In this document: piece by piece, positions 37,626 through 50,899 of the stretch
Layout: every line of letters begins with the position of its first letter
How positions within the stretch are numbered: position 1 is the first letter of the stretch
Source of the DNA: Octopus bimaculoides
Lineage: Eukaryota
Reading direction: 5' to 3'
NCBI RefSeq assembly: GCF_001194135.2
Contig: NC_068996.1
Span: 55,751,142 to 55,815,141 of the forward strand
Length of the DNA stretch: 64,000 nucleotides
The notes under the pieces: generated by a model
What the model saw: only the letters and a program-made list of their open reading frames with translations
What the model was told of the DNA's origin: nothing
Databases searched by the model: none
Made by a program: the position numbers and the translations under genes

Positions 37626-37939
37626 AACATCTGTGACCTCTTCAGCAACTCTATGAAAAATGGAATAAATAGAACAAGAATAGAGACGTGGGATAAAGAA
37701 CTGTCAGAGGGGTCAGAGGATGTGTGAGGAAAGAGCTTAGACAAACAAACCAAACTAATAATAATAATAGAGCTGAAGCGAAGATCAAATAAATTGTGCG
37801 TTTGTTTAATTAGCAAAATATGATCATCCCAAAGTATAACAATAATAATAAAGTTGTACTCTACAAAAGTATAAGAGTAAAACCATCAGATTAGCATAAA
37901 ATTGTTTTTATCAAAAGTGAACATAAAAACAAATAGTAA

Positions 37940-37984
<45 letters not shown>

Positions 37985-38254
37985 TCATATATATATGTGT
38001 GTGTGTATGTATACATATATATATATACATACACATGTACATATATATGTACATTTATATTTATATGTATTCTCATATATATATGTATATATATACATAT
38101 ATAACCATATATACATACACACACACACATATGTATATGCTCATACATACTTGTATCTGTCTACACGCACATACGCACGCACATATAGCGTCTGTTTGAA
38201 TGTTTACCTGCCTACTAATATGCCTCCGTAACTAGCTACCTAAATACATACATA

Positions 38255-38296
<42 letters not shown>

Positions 38297-38399
38297 CATC
38301 TGTACATGTATATATGCATGCATTCATGTGTGTAATTATATATGAGTGTGTGTATATATATATGTGTATATATATGTGTGTGTGTATATATATATATAA

Positions 38400-38640
38400 A
38401 CAAATAGGAAATGAGTATATGCATATATACGTACAGGTATGTGCATACCGACATCCACCTGTATGTATAGGTGCATATCTGGGTACAGGACATTGCAAAC
38501 AAAACAGAGACGAGAAAACACACAAGCCACATAGAGAACATTCTACTTCATCAGCTACCTCCGTTTTAACACCGGCGTTTCGAAGAGCTAGGCAGGACGC
38601 ATCGTTAAAACAGCTCTTCCCATGGACCGCAAATTAAATT
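38400..38640. repeat. Dispersed repeat, copy 2 (partner 25540-25750)
   Basis: See copy 1; extends into gaagagct...agctcttc, a helix-II-like inverted pair next to cgaaacg on the minus strand. Confidence 0.85.
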
Positions 38641-39723
38641 TGTATACACAAATTAAATCTTGCCATGGAGGAATGTTGTGGCGGACAAAAAACAAGACAG
38701 GAAAACAAATATATATTGCTTTTATGTCGAGATATAATAAAAACAGTTTTGTAGAAACTTGAAGGATTACTCAAAACTTCTAATAGGACGCATTTTATTA
38801 TTCTTTAACAAGAATAATGTTGATTGTAACTTCGAAGTTTCGACCAACTTAGCCTTCTTTGGTCCAAAGAAACCATTGTCGAAATTATTCCTTTTAAAAA
38901 ATTGTGTGTGCGTGTATGTGCTCGTGCAGTAATGTGTGTATTGTTCCCGGCTCTACCCTGATTTGGTGTCGTAAGAATTGCCAGGGTGCTAGCTATGGGT
39001 CAATTAACATCTTATAGAAGAAACCCAAAGCATAAACCCTTACCGCTTGGCACGGGAAAAAGTAATGGGAGTTAACCACGACGGCAAATCAAGGACTAGA
39101 GTCCATCAGGCAGACCGATGTCCTCTTTGACACGCTTCATTCAGCTCCGGAAGCCAATTCGTTTTAGAGAAGACCTCTCTAATCTAAAACCTAGAGATTG
39201 CTGGTCTTCACAGCAGTCTTAACCCGCTGAACTATTGTAATCAAATATCTGTGCCTAAGAATTGTAGGATTTGGCTCTCATTTTAAAACAATTAGTGCAG
39301 GTAGCGTGAAAAGTTCTGTAGAATCAAGAATCGGTTTACAAAGCCACTCGAGGACATGCTGCTCTTCTTCAAGGTCTTCGGACACGAAGAAACTACAATC
39401 ATATATTCATCTTCATTAACGAATTGGCCATGTTGTTCGTCATAAGTGTCTGGTTGCAGCGCAATAGCATTGCAATCAACGTGGCGTCGAACATTATCTC
39501 AACGCTACTGAAAATGTCCTTGAATATAAAACAATAATAATAACAGAAAACACGAAAACAAAATAAGTCTGACAGATAAAAGAAAAACATAACAACAGCA
39601 AAGGAAAACGAATAAACAAAGCGAAACAGAAATACTGAAGGAAAACAGAGAAAACAAAGCACCAGAACACGATATGACAACGACACCAGTAAGAAAATAA
39701 GTAAACAGATAAAATATATAAAT

Positions 39724-39886
39724 CGGGCGTAGGCCTGACTGCGTGGTAAGAAGCTTGCTTCCAAACAATGTTAGCTTGGGTTCACTCCCAATGTGCAGCA
39801 CCTTGGACAAATGTCTTCTACTATAGTCCCGGGCCGCCCAAAAGCTTTCTGTGTAGATTCGGTAGACTGAAACCGAAAGAAGTTTA

Positions 39887-39892
<6 letters not shown>
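39724..39892 (+). mobile_element. SINE family A, 5' half
   Basis: gggcgtaggcctgactgcgtggtaagaagcttgcttcc...ccttggacaaatgtcttctactatag. Confidence 0.85.
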
Positions 39893-39933
<41 letters not shown>

Positions 39934-40342
39934 TGTGTGTACGCATGTACATACATACACTTTAATATGTGTGTGTGTGTATTTATATATATATATATAT
40001 ATATATANNNNNNNNNNNNNNNNNNNNNNNNNNNNNNNNNNNNNNNNNNNNNNNNNNNNNNNNNNNNNNNNNNNNNNNNNNNNNNNNNNNNNNNNNNNNN
40101 NNNNNNNNNNNNNNNNNNNNNNNNNNNNNNNNNNNNNNNNNNNNNNNNNNNNNNNNNNNNNNNNNNNNNNNNNNNNNNNNNNNNNNNNNNNNNNNNNNNN
40201 NNNNNNNNNNNNNNNNNNNNNNNNNNNNNNNNNNNNNNNNNNNNNNNNNNNNNNNNNNNNNNNNNNNNNNNNNNNNNNNNNNNNNNNNNNNNNNNNNNNN
40301 NNNNNNNNNNNNNNNNNNNNNNNNNNNNNNNNNNNNNNNNNN

Positions 40343-40383
<41 letters not shown>

Positions 40384-40502
40384 CATACATGCATATATAG
40401 ATATAATAAGACAGATAAACACAGGCTTGAGACATTTTTAATATAGCACCAAATACACATGACAAACTGAAGAAAAGCAAAAGAGAAGATTTATGTAATA
40501 TA

Positions 40503-40764
40503 TTATCGCGACAGCTGTTTCAAGATGGCCGTAACTCACGTAATAACTATATTCATAAGTAATACGTGCATGATGTCACAGGTGTGCGTTGTGCGACAAA
40601 TTCTGACATGTTAGATGCTCCCTCTTGAAAAGAGATGCCTAACTTGGTTTAATAAATTCATCAGAATTTGTCGCAGAACGCACACTTATGACAACATGCA
40701 CGTATTACTTATGAATATAGTTATTACGTGAGTTACGGCCATCTTGAAACAGCTGTCAAGATAA
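40503..40764. mobile_element. Fold-back MITE-like element with ~100 bp arms
   Basis: 63-bp perfect inverted repeat gacagctgtttcaagatggccgtaactcacgtaataactatattcataagtaatacgtgcatg, plus ~34 bp of near-perfect inner arm. Confidence 0.85.
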
Positions 40765-40901
40765 GACCTTACATAATTCTTTTTTTTTGTTCTGTATTAC
40801 GCAATATGTATTTTGTGCTGCATGTAAATATATGCCTTAGGCCTGTGTTTTTCTGCCTTATTACATCTATATATGCATCTATATGTGCGTATATACATAC
40901 A

Positions 40902-40982
<81 letters not shown>

Positions 40983-41129
40983 GTATGTATGTATGTATGT
41001 ATGTATGTATGTATATGTACGTCTATATCTCTCTCTCTCTATATATATATATATGTTATATGTATATATATATGTATGTGTGTGTATCTGTGTGTGTAGA
41101 TATATATGTGAGTGCGCGCACGCGTGTGT

Positions 41130-41293
41130 GTACGACAATCTCCTCTCGGTTTCCGTTTATCGAATCCACTCACAGGGCTTTTGTCGTCCCAAGACGATAG
41201 AAGACATTTGCCCAAGGAACCATGCAGTGGGACTGAACACATTCCCACATGGTTGGGAAGTAAACTACTTAGCAAACAGCCATGCCAGCGCCC
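41130..41293 (-). mobile_element. SINE family A, 5' half
   Basis: Reverse complement of the head (gggcgctggcatggctgtttgctaagtagtttacttcccaaccatgtgg...). Confidence 0.85.
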
Positions 41294-41466
41294 ATTGTAG
41301 CATAATGGAACCTTCCATAATTTGGTGTTGTACATTTAAAAAAAATAAACAGTGTATTGAAATAAGATATGATAAAGTTTAAATCAAACTGTGCGCATCC
41401 ATAATATAATAGATCTCATTAATTCTGTTCAGCACATGCGTGTGTATATGTGTATTCATGTGTGTA

Positions 41467-41536
<70 letters not shown>

Positions 41537-42067
41537 NNNNNNNNNNNNNNNNNNNNNNNNNNNNNNNNNNNNNNNNNNNNNNNNNNNNNNNNNNNNNNNN
41601 NNNNNNNNNNNNNNNNNNNNNNNNNNNNNNNNNNNNNNNNNNNNNNNNNNNNNNNNNNNNNNNNNNNNNNNNNNNNNNNNNNNNNNNNNNNNNNNNNNNN
41701 NNNNNNNNNNNNNNNNNNNNNNNNNNNNNNNNNNNNNNNNNNNNNNNNNNNNNNNNNNNNNNNNNNNNNNNNNNNNNNNNNNNNNNNNNNNNNNNNNNNN
41801 NNNNNNNNNNNNNNNNNNNNNNNNNNNNNNNNNNNNNNNNNNNNNNNNNNNNNNNNNNNNNNNNNNNNNNNNNNNNNNNNNNNNNNNNNNNNNNNNNNNN
41901 NNNNNNNNNNNNNNNNNNNNNNNNNNNNNNNNNNNNNNNNNNNNNNNNNNNNNNNNNNNNNNNNNNNNNNNNNNNNNNNNNNNNNNNNNNNNNNNNNNNN
42001 NNNNNNNNNNNNNNNNNNNNNNNNNNNNNNNNNNNNNNNNNNNNNNNNNNNNNNNNNNCCGCATATA

Positions 42068-42102
<35 letters not shown>

Positions 42103-42124
42103 CCGTATTATGTATTTGACACCG

Positions 42125-43370
42125 TCAGTCGTGAGGGACTTTAGAAGATCATAGGAAAGTTGCGCTGCCCAGACAAATTCCTCAGCGTCGTGCGTCAGCC
42201 CCACGACGGCATGCTCGACGTGCTAGGGGTGCTGGACAGTGGAGATTCTTCTCTCGCATCCCCAGCCGCTAACGGAGTCAAGCAAGGCACCTATGTTGTA
42301 CAACATGATGTTCTCAGCCATGTTGAATGGTTGTTTTCGCAGCATCAACAAAACCAGCGTCAATGTCAGAGATTCAGGACTGATGTCAGACTCTCCATCC
42401 TGCAGAAACTACTGACCAAGACCAAGGTGAAAGGGGACTCAGTATGCAGCTTCCTGTTCACAGACGACTTCACACTCAGCATTATTACAAAGGCTCTGAT
42501 GCAACAGAGCATGAACTGCTTTTCTGCTGCCTGCAACAACTTTGGCCTCACAATCAGTACTGAGAAGACAGAAGCCATGCACCAACCTGCCCCACGAAAG
42601 CAGTATGTGGAACCAACTATCACTGTTGAAAGGGAAACCCTGAAGGTTGTTAAATTCACGTACCTTGGCAGCACACTCTACAGAATTATAAATATATACA
42701 ACGAAGTCGACACACGTATTGCAAAGAAGAGCTCAGCATCCGGGCATCTACGTGAATCAGTTTGGGAGAAGAGAGGTATTAGGATGGTCACCAAGTTGAA
42801 GATGTACCAAGCAGTTGTACAGCTTACACTAATATATGCCTTGGACGGTTTACGAACACCACGCCAAACGGCTGAACCGCTTTCCATATGAGCTGTCTGA
42901 GAAAGCTATAGAAAATCCCGTGTCACTACAAGGTCCAGGACACAGAGGTCTTCTCTTGAGCTGATCTGCCAAGCATTTACACTCTGCTAAGGAGAGTCCA
43001 GATCAGGTGGGAAAGCCACCTTGTTCGAATGCCTGACACACAACTAGCCATAAGATTGCTTTACAGTGAATTGGCAGAGGGCAAGCACACAAGGTGAGGG
43101 AAAAAAGCGCTTGAAAGATACTCTAAATGCCTCACTGAAGTGCTTTCAGATCAACAGCTGGGGAATGCAGGCACAGGACGTCCCTACCTAGTGTAGCTGC
43201 ATCAACAAAGGTGCCGCTTCCTGCGCACAGGAGCACAAAGAAAATGTGAGCTGTACTAGTCCATTCCTTGCTTTCATTCTCAGCAGAAAACTAGTGTCCG
43301 ACCTGCAGCAGAACCGGGCGCAGCGTGGCCTGTCTTCTCCCGTGTGATATCCTGGTCATCGTCGAAACGA
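42125..43370 (+). mobile_element. RTE (BovB-like) LINE RT relic to 3' end
   Basis: CPDKFLSVVRQPHDGM...NGVKQG...FLFTDD...FGLTISTEKTEAMHQPAP...FTYLGSTL...EVDTRIAK...TKLKMYQAVV, later IRWESHLVRMPDTQLAIRLLYSELAEG. Confidence 0.93.
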
Positions 43371-43715
43371 CGGCTCGGAAATAAGTGCTTCGCTTAAAAA
43401 TGCGTACTAGGTTTGATTTGTTCGACTAAACCAAACACGGTGGTGCCCCGGCATGGCCGCCCACTAATGACTGAAAATTGTGCCTACATTTCCCAGGTGT
43501 TAGAGTTGATCTGAAAGCACTTCAGTGAGGCTTTGAGAGTATCTTCGGAGCGCTTTTTCTGCCCGTCATACATACATACATACATACATACATACATACA
43601 CACATACATATGATGGGCTTCTTCCAATTTCCTTCTACGAATCCACTCACTAGACTAGTAACATCTCCATCAATGATTTGACTGTTTCCCCTGAATCTGA
43701 TGAGGAATGTTGTCA

Positions 43716-44655
43716 CTAAAGAATATTACAGCCGAATAAAGAACTTTGGACCTCGGAACTCCCTGCATTCAATAAAACAGTGGCCCACAATGTGTTTGCA
43801 GTACCCGTACTCATACTAACATTTGGGTTATTTGAGTGGAGACTTGATGAGATCTAAGTCATTGATGTGAAAACCCGGAAGATACTAACAAGCACACATA
43901 ATTTCCACATAAACAGCGATGTAGACTGCCAGTACCTAAAACGAAAATAAGGTGGAAGAGGCTTAACATCGATCCAAAATGCCTTTGAATGTCACATCAT
44001 ATTCCTTTGGCAACATCTTTTAACTACCAAGTGTCGAGGCTGATAACATCATTGGAAGGCAGCTCCTTCAGCAACACTCTTTGTCTGATAACCTAGAATA
44101 CATGCCTAAAGAAGTCGCACGACTCTACCGCAATGTATCATCAGATGAAAGGATGAGCATTTATGAGCAGAAGACTATGCATGGATATGTTAGAAATTTC
44201 AGCGATGATAGTAACATCGCTCATCAAAGCAGTTTATCATAGACTAATAGCTGGATAACTACCTTCCACTTTGAAGGGTATACGTTTGTAATCCAGGAAC
44301 AGGAAATATCAACCAAGTATTTGATGCACAAAAGAGACAGATATGCAGGTAAAGCCGTAAAGTATGACAATCGATGCAGATTTTGTGGAGTTAACACCGA
44401 AGATATCACCCACATCATAAGCAGTTGTCCGAAAATGTCATAACGGTATTATCTACAGGTGAGACATGACGTTGTAACTGGGACATTCTACAATGAAATC
44501 TGTCAGAAGGATAATCCCGAGGACAAAAAAATAAGAACCCACAATAAAAAGGAATACTGGTGGAATGTCCCAGTGAAGACCTCAATAAAATGTAAGCATA
44601 ATGGGCCTGATATAATGATTTGGAATAGAGAAGAGAAACTGTGCACAGTTGTGGA
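43716..44655 (+). mobile_element. R4/Dong-like RLE non-LTR retrotransposon relic
   Basis: KEYYSRIK..WTSELPAFNKTVAHNVFAVPVL...DVKTRKILT...DVD..YLKRK*GGRGL; CCHC knuckle CRFCGVNTEDITHIISSC; RHD; NGPDIMIWNREEKLCTVVE. Cut by an N-gap. Confidence 0.85.
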
Positions 44656-44804
44656 NNNNNNNNNNNNNNNNNNNNNNNNNNNNNNNNNNNNNNNNNNNNN
44701 NNNNNNNNNNNNNNNNNNNNNNNNNNNNNNNNNNNNNNNNNNNNNNNNNNNNNNNCTTTCTCTATTGGCAAGAAATCTTAAAATAAATTGAATAATGACA
44801 TACA

Positions 44805-44965
44805 TTTGACGGGCTTCTTCCAATTTTCTTCTACGAATCCACTCACAAGTCTTTGGTCAGCTCGGAACTATAGTTGAAAACACCTGCCTAAGGTGCCATG
44901 CTGTAGAACTGCGTCCGAAACCATGTGGTTGGGAAGCAAGCTTCTTACCACACATGCTCGCCTGC
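44805..44965 (-). mobile_element. SINE family A, 5' half
   Basis: aaaccatgtggttgggaagcaagcttcttaccacac (reverse head). Confidence 0.85.
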
Positions 44966-45294
44966 AATTATAAACCTGAACTGGACGATAATGGTATCCG
45001 TTGGCCGTAATGTGCGTTCGATTTATCAATGCTCACTGAGTCTTGAAATTTGCATCATTTGATGTAGATAGCCGCAGTTTGCAACGACGGACGGGCTGGT
45101 TGACCCTCCCATCCAGATTAGTAAACAATTATTCGGAAAAAAAATTAACTTTAATTTCTAGCCTCGACCCTAAACCAATATTAGCCAGTTTGCTTATACG
45201 TTGATGCTGTCGCTATTCTGAAGTAAATCTTTGCTTCTATACAAACTATGCAATCAACAAGAAAAAGAAAGAAGCTTTATTTGATAGCTGCATC

Positions 45295-45735
45295 TATTTC
45301 TTTCAGTTATTGGACTGCGGCCATTTTGGGTACGGCTTTGTTGGGTTTCGTCAAACAAATCGACCCCATTATTTATTTTTAATGTTGGTACTTAACCTGT
45401 CGATATCTATTACCGAAGCGTTAAATTATGGGGAGGTAAACAAACTACCACCGGTTGTCAAGAGGAAGTGAGGGATAAAGACAAGCAGAAAGACACACAT
45501 ACACACAGCCACATTCATATACAAACAAATACACACACACACATTCGTATAATCAAACACATGCACACACATATATGTATAGGACAAGCTTCTTTCAGTT
45601 TCCACTGACCTAATCTAGTCATAAAGCTTTCATTGACCCAAGGCTGTAGTAAGAGACACTTGCCCAAAGTGCCATGCAGTGGGGCTGAACCCAGGACCAT
45701 GTAGTTGGGAGACAGACTTCCTACTACATACCCAT
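45295..45735 (-). mobile_element. SINE family A, full-length diverged copy
   Basis: Both halves present in reverse orientation around a CA-rich linker. Confidence 0.82.
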
Positions 45736-46499
45736 ACCTATATGGGGAAGCTATTTCAGAAAGTTTTTCAGTGCCTCAGACATTAGACCCAGTTCTTGGA
45801 TAACTCACACCATTGAATAAAAATATGACCTTCATTTATTTCCAGCAGCTCTCATCATCATCATCATCGTCGTTTAACGTCCGCTTTCCATGCTAGCATG
45901 GGTTGGACTCAGCTCTAGTTTTTGATTGTCTACAAACACAACAAATATGAATCGATGATCGTAGCTGGTCACTCAACTAAGATGTCTAAGCAGTAAGAAA
46001 CAATCAAAGATACCCATATGATGCTGGACCATTCATCTTGTTTATCCTGGGTCAGTTCACCACAGGATGAGCCCGAAATACCGCTTCCACGAAACATCTG
46101 AGTAAATGAATATTGTATCGATGATAACACACTCATTTCACTTTTTATCTGATTCTATGGATGTAATTTTACTCCAAACAAACCTATTCTTCTTGTATGA
46201 AGCCATTATTTTTATCCAAAAGGTAACGTCAATGATTTGTTGTCATCGATACTTGCACTCAATGGGTTGTATTTCAATAACTAGAGCAGATGGAGAAAAA
46301 TTGATGGAATGTTTAGAATCAGCAACCAAAATTTACCTGAAAACAGGTTTAATATTCCGGACACCAAATTCTGTTTCATAGTTTAACTGATGAAATGATA
46401 TAGCATATTGGTGATATGAAAGATAAAAGCGTTGAAGTGATTAAAAACAGACGACGATGTAGTTCATTGAAAGGTGTGTGATCCCTCATATCTGCCCTA

Positions 46500-46725
46500 C
46501 GGCAGGCGAAAATTCTTTCTACTATAAGCACAAGTCCTGAAATTTTGAGGAAGAGAAAGATTTGTCGATTACATCGACTTCAGTTCCTCACTGGTACTTT
46601 ATTGACCCCGAAAGGATGAAAGGCAAAGTCGACCTCGGCAGAATTTGAACTCAGAACGAAAGTTGGAAGACATACCGCTATGCCTTTTGTCCGTCATGCT
46701 AATGATTCTGCCAGCTAACAGCCTT
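46500..46725 (-). mobile_element. tRNA-derived SINE family C
   Basis: Minus: aaggctgttagctggcagaatcattagcatgacgg...gttctgagttcaaattctgccgaggtcgactttgcctttcatcctttcggggtcaataaagtaccag (Pol III-like boxes plus a distinct central domain). Confidence 0.8.
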
Positions 46726-46899
46726 GGTAGCAGACGAAAATTGTCATTTAAAACACTGTAGAAAACTCAGGAACAATGCCAGACGGTTTGAGGAAGTAAC
46801 TTCAGCTATTTACTAATTACACTAGGAGATGTTTATTTTATGGCCCAGACAGTTTTCCCAAGAAGTAACTCAAGTAAAAATGGTCCGCAAATAGGGACA

Positions 46900-47500
46900 T
46901 TTCAGATGGAAAGTAACTAAAATCAGTAGGGACTTCTCAAGAAAGTCTTCCCGGTGAACTCAGGCAAGTAGAGAGGTTTAAGGATTTCCAAGCTGTATTC
47001 ACAAGTGATGTAAATCAGGAGACTGGATTAGATACTAGAAATACAGATGCCAACACAAGAATGTACCAACTCTAAGCATTTGATTCTCAGAAAAGGAGAG
47101 GTTGTGAAAAAAAGTCGAACTATCTATTTTCAGTTCGGTTTTCGTGCCTATCCTCACCTATGGACATGAATGTTGAGTAATGACCGAAAGAATACAATCG
47201 CGAATACAAAACGAAGGAAATGGGGTGCCTCTGGAGGATTTCAAGAGTAACGTCACTCGACAGAGTGCATAGCTCAGAGATCAGATAGTCTTTCACGGTC
47301 AAGTCCACTACTTCTCCGAATTCAGAGGTCACACTTCCATTACTATGTACCTGTTATTAGAATGTCACAGTAAAGCATCGTGTTGCGGATTCCTCAAGTC
47401 GAGCCAGCCGGCAGGAAACCTAGGGGTAAACCGAGAATGATAAGACACATCGTCTCGGTTGGCCGTGTTCAGGAATCCAGCTAGAAAGTGTAATGGGGGA
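46900..47500 (+). mobile_element. RTE-clade (Expander/Rex3-like) RT relic
   Basis: QVERFK..AVFTSD..ETGLDTR...LSIFSSVFVPILTYGHEC*VMTERIQSRIQ..EMG...PLLLRIQRS. Confidence 0.82.
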
Positions 47501-47974
47501 TGTGCCTATGGACTGTCCCTCCATGACTCTTCCATGAATAGAAGGCAGAGTAGATGGATGAATGGATGCATCATTCAGTCATCCGTGAAAGTAGATATCT
47601 GCTGATTCTTCCAATACTCTGAAATTTAGAATTTCTTGTTTTCAGAGAGCGTTGAATATTTCTATCCCGCGCCATTCAACTGTCAGTTTATATGCATTGT
47701 TTGTAATCCTAGATGAGAACTGACATAATGCTTTTATTATACTGAATTGCAAACAACAGAAGCCAATCAACATATGATTTGATTTCAAGCATACGCGAAT
47801 GTGGTATCAAATGTCAAGTTTGTATATGAAAGAGCAGTTCTTTCTAGCGGAGGTCTCCCCAACCACCGCACCGCGGATCATTTGCTACCGGGCCTCACGA
47901 AAAGAATAAATTTTAAAATTTCATTTCTATTTTATTGACTATTGTAGCCTGCAAGATGTTTTTGCTTCGCTTCT

Positions 47975-48322
47975 CAATCAAATGGTTCCGGGCTCAGTCC
48001 AACTGCGAGGCATCTTAGACAAGTGTCTACTATTACGATAGCCTCGGGTAGACCAAAGCCTTATGAGTGGATTTTGCAGACGGAAACTGGAAAATGTGTG
48101 TGCGTGTCTGTGTCTTTGTTTTCATTTGTCCCTCACCACTGCTTGACAACTGGTGTTGGTTTGTTTGTCCCCGTAACTTAGCCGTTCAACAAAAGAGGCC
48201 AATAAAATAAGTACCAGGCTTAAAGAATAAGTACTGGGTCGATTCATTCAATTAAAGTTCTTCAAGGTGGTGCCCCAGCATGGCCACAGTCTAATGACTG
48301 AAAGAAGTAAAAAATAAAAACT
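47975..48322 (+). mobile_element. SINE family A, nearly full-length
   Basis: tggttccgggctcagtcc... through gactgaaagaagtaaaaaataaaaa. Confidence 0.88.
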
Positions 48323-48762
48323 ATGTGTTACTCTTGTAATAATTAAATTATATAAATGTTGTGTTTTGTTATGTGCACGATTCCCTGGTCTGTGGAGAAA
48401 CTGTCTGGCATGAAACCGGGTCAGTGGAGCGAACAAAGGTTGGTGACTGCTGCTTTATGGCACCAAAGTATTTTATTCCCCCACACAAACAATTACGGGT
48501 GCTTTTTAAATATCGGACAATGTTTGAGGAGACAAATATAGATCATAAAACTAGAAACTTTGTATAATGATCCAAGAAATGTCCTCCTTGTTAAGTCTGT
48601 ATAAGTTCTATTTGCGCAGGTCAGTAAGTTTCAAAGCATTTGTCTCACAATGAGATGAAAAGGCTAATGGACTTGTCTGTAACTTACGTGGATACTTTGA
48701 AGCAACATCGACTGCAGTAGCGTAGCGTTGAAAACGATGAAAATCAGGGTTTGAACTCTTTA

Positions 48763-49913
48763 CAGAGTACGGTAGCTCTTTGAGAACAAAAGTCTTAAGA
48801 TCCATAAATGGACCAAACCTTAACTAAATATCCTTTTGTTCAGCCCAACAAGTTTCGAATCTAACGCACACGAATTTAATACATGCTGTTCTTTTCACTT
48901 AAGACACCAACCACAATGATTCTGAGATTGCAACCGTCTTATATGCCATGTATAGGATCAGAAAAGAGCTCCTGGCCTCTGGTAGGAATGTATCTTCTGT
49001 GGGCAAAAAAATATAACATTCTCAACGGTCAGAAATTATCAGGAAAGCTGAGTTTGTCTATCAAGTCTAGAGCACCATTAACAAGAAACCCGGCAAGTCA
49101 ATGTGAGCCATTATCAATCATCTTCACATATCATAGCTAACGATTACACGCGTGATGCCCGAAGACTTCCATTATCACGAGAAGAAAGTAATTCATATCC
49201 GATAAAACTTGGGAGAACCATGTGGTCCGGCTAGAGCGCTTGCTGCACAAACTCAAGCACACCAAGGAGACTGACATGCTCTGGTTCTTCTCAGATGAGA
49301 AGATCGTTGTCTAGGATGAAAAAGTGAACAGGAAGAATAACAGATGGCTTTGTGTGGGCGCCACTGAAGTCCCTACACTAAATTCCAATCGTCTGAGGGT
49401 CATAAACAATGAGGGCCATGTCATGCCACTTCACTTTTTCCTGCGAGATCAATGCGACAGCCTACATCAAGAAAATGGGGTCGGTTTCCCTGAATCGATA
49501 GGGGTCATACGTGTCCCAGCAAGGACTCTGCTCCCTCTCACACAGCCTATACGACTCAGGAGTGGATGGCCAAAGATTTCCATAGTCATGACATCTCTAA
49601 CATATGGTCTCCTACCTCTCTCGAAATAAACGCTCTGGACTACTACGCAAGGAGACCAACGAGCATGCCCACACTACCAAGGCCTCGTTGATATTTGCTA
49701 TTTGGGCCAATTTAAGTAAAGATCACCTGATAAACGCGTTTAGTCGTTTCAGAAGCTTTACCCACGCAGTAATCGAGGTTGACGCTGGTTTCATTGAATA
49801 ATATTTTGCTGTGTGTATGTAAGAATATGTGTATCGCATTCTATAAAGATTTTTCTAAATATTTTTGTTTACTTTAAATTAAAACTTCCTTCTCAAATAG
49901 CTTACGCACCCCG
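48763..49913 (+). mobile_element. DD37D (maT) decayed element with both TIRs
   Basis: TIRs cagagtacggtagctctttgagaa / ttctcaaatagcttacgcaccccg; HKLKHTKETDMLWFFSDEK..DEKVNRKNNRWLC. Confidence 0.82.
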
Positions 49914-50129
49914 TGACATATGTAAAAGTGTTTTACCCTACTTATTTCTGCCCTATTCTTTCAGTTTTCTGTCTTTTATTAATCTTTCATCGTACATATA
50001 ACTAAAACCTTGATCTTGACTCTAATTTTGTGTTTTGCGTTTTATTTACTAAAGCTAAGTGTTTAAGTAAACTTTCCATTCATCTATTTTCTCTGCCCAC
50101 TCTTCCTGGAAAGGTCATGAGCAGAATTC

Positions 50130-50680
50130 TTGGGCACATCTTTCATTGCATCCTATGAACAAGAAACGTCATTAGACTTTCTGGGTAGATTTCCAAGTGT
50201 GACCAATTGAATCTATGGATATCATCCTGCCATCTAGTTCTTGGTCAACCTCTTGGTCCCCTGCTAGTTGGCTCAGCTTGAAGAATCCAGCTTGTGATTC
50301 TTTTCTGCGATGTTTCCAATCAGAAGTCCATCGTAACGGAGCTGTGAAATCTCAATGCAGGAAAGTAGAGGCTCAACTGAAAGAGAAACTCCCTGATCTC
50401 CGAGCTATGCACCTTGTCCATAAATCCTTCAGAGGAATCCCATTACGGTTTCTTGTAATTTCAATCGTACGCTTTTGGACGTAACCCAACATTCATGTCC
50501 ATAAGTGAGGACAAGCACGAAAACTGAATTGAAAATAGCTAGTTTGTCTCTTTTACCAACCTCTGCTCTTCTGAGGATCGAATACTTCAACTAATATATT
50601 ATTGTGTCAGGACCTGCAATTCTTATATCCAGTTCAGCTTCACTCGTCCCATCACTCGTGAATACGGCCCAAATGTCTTT
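50130..50680 (-). mobile_element. RTE-clade (Expander/Rex3-like) RT relic
   Basis: AVFTSDGTSEAELDIRIAG...KLAIFNSVFVLVLTYGHECWVTSK; same type as 46900-47500, opposite strand. Confidence 0.82.
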
Positions 50681-50899
50681 TTTTCTTTTTGCATATGATG
50701 GCTGTGATGCTCACATTCTTGCTTCATGTAGTTTAATTTTTGTTATTCTGTAATTGCTGTTAGTTTTAGATTAAGTAGTTGGTAGTTTGGTAAACATCTC
50801 CGATGCTAGCATCAAAATCAGAAAAGTATGAACTTGAACAGCGTGACTCAGACTCAAGAAAATACGAAAGTGAAGATCGTGAAAGGGAACAAAAACCAG

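Noticed and set aside
46106-46381. 91-aa plus-strand ORF in unique sequence
   Set aside because: No recognisable domain; length is within chance expectation for AT-rich DNA.
47850-47940. Possible hAT-type terminal fragment; also a pogo-like end at 54130-54184 and a tRNA-like head at 56516-56582
   Set aside because: Each is short, single-ended and too degenerate to call from sequence alone.
48688-48711. 24-nt minus-strand micro-exon candidate (ctgcag|...CAC|gtaagt)
   Set aside because: Splice-like motifs of this quality arise often by chance; no host gene context.
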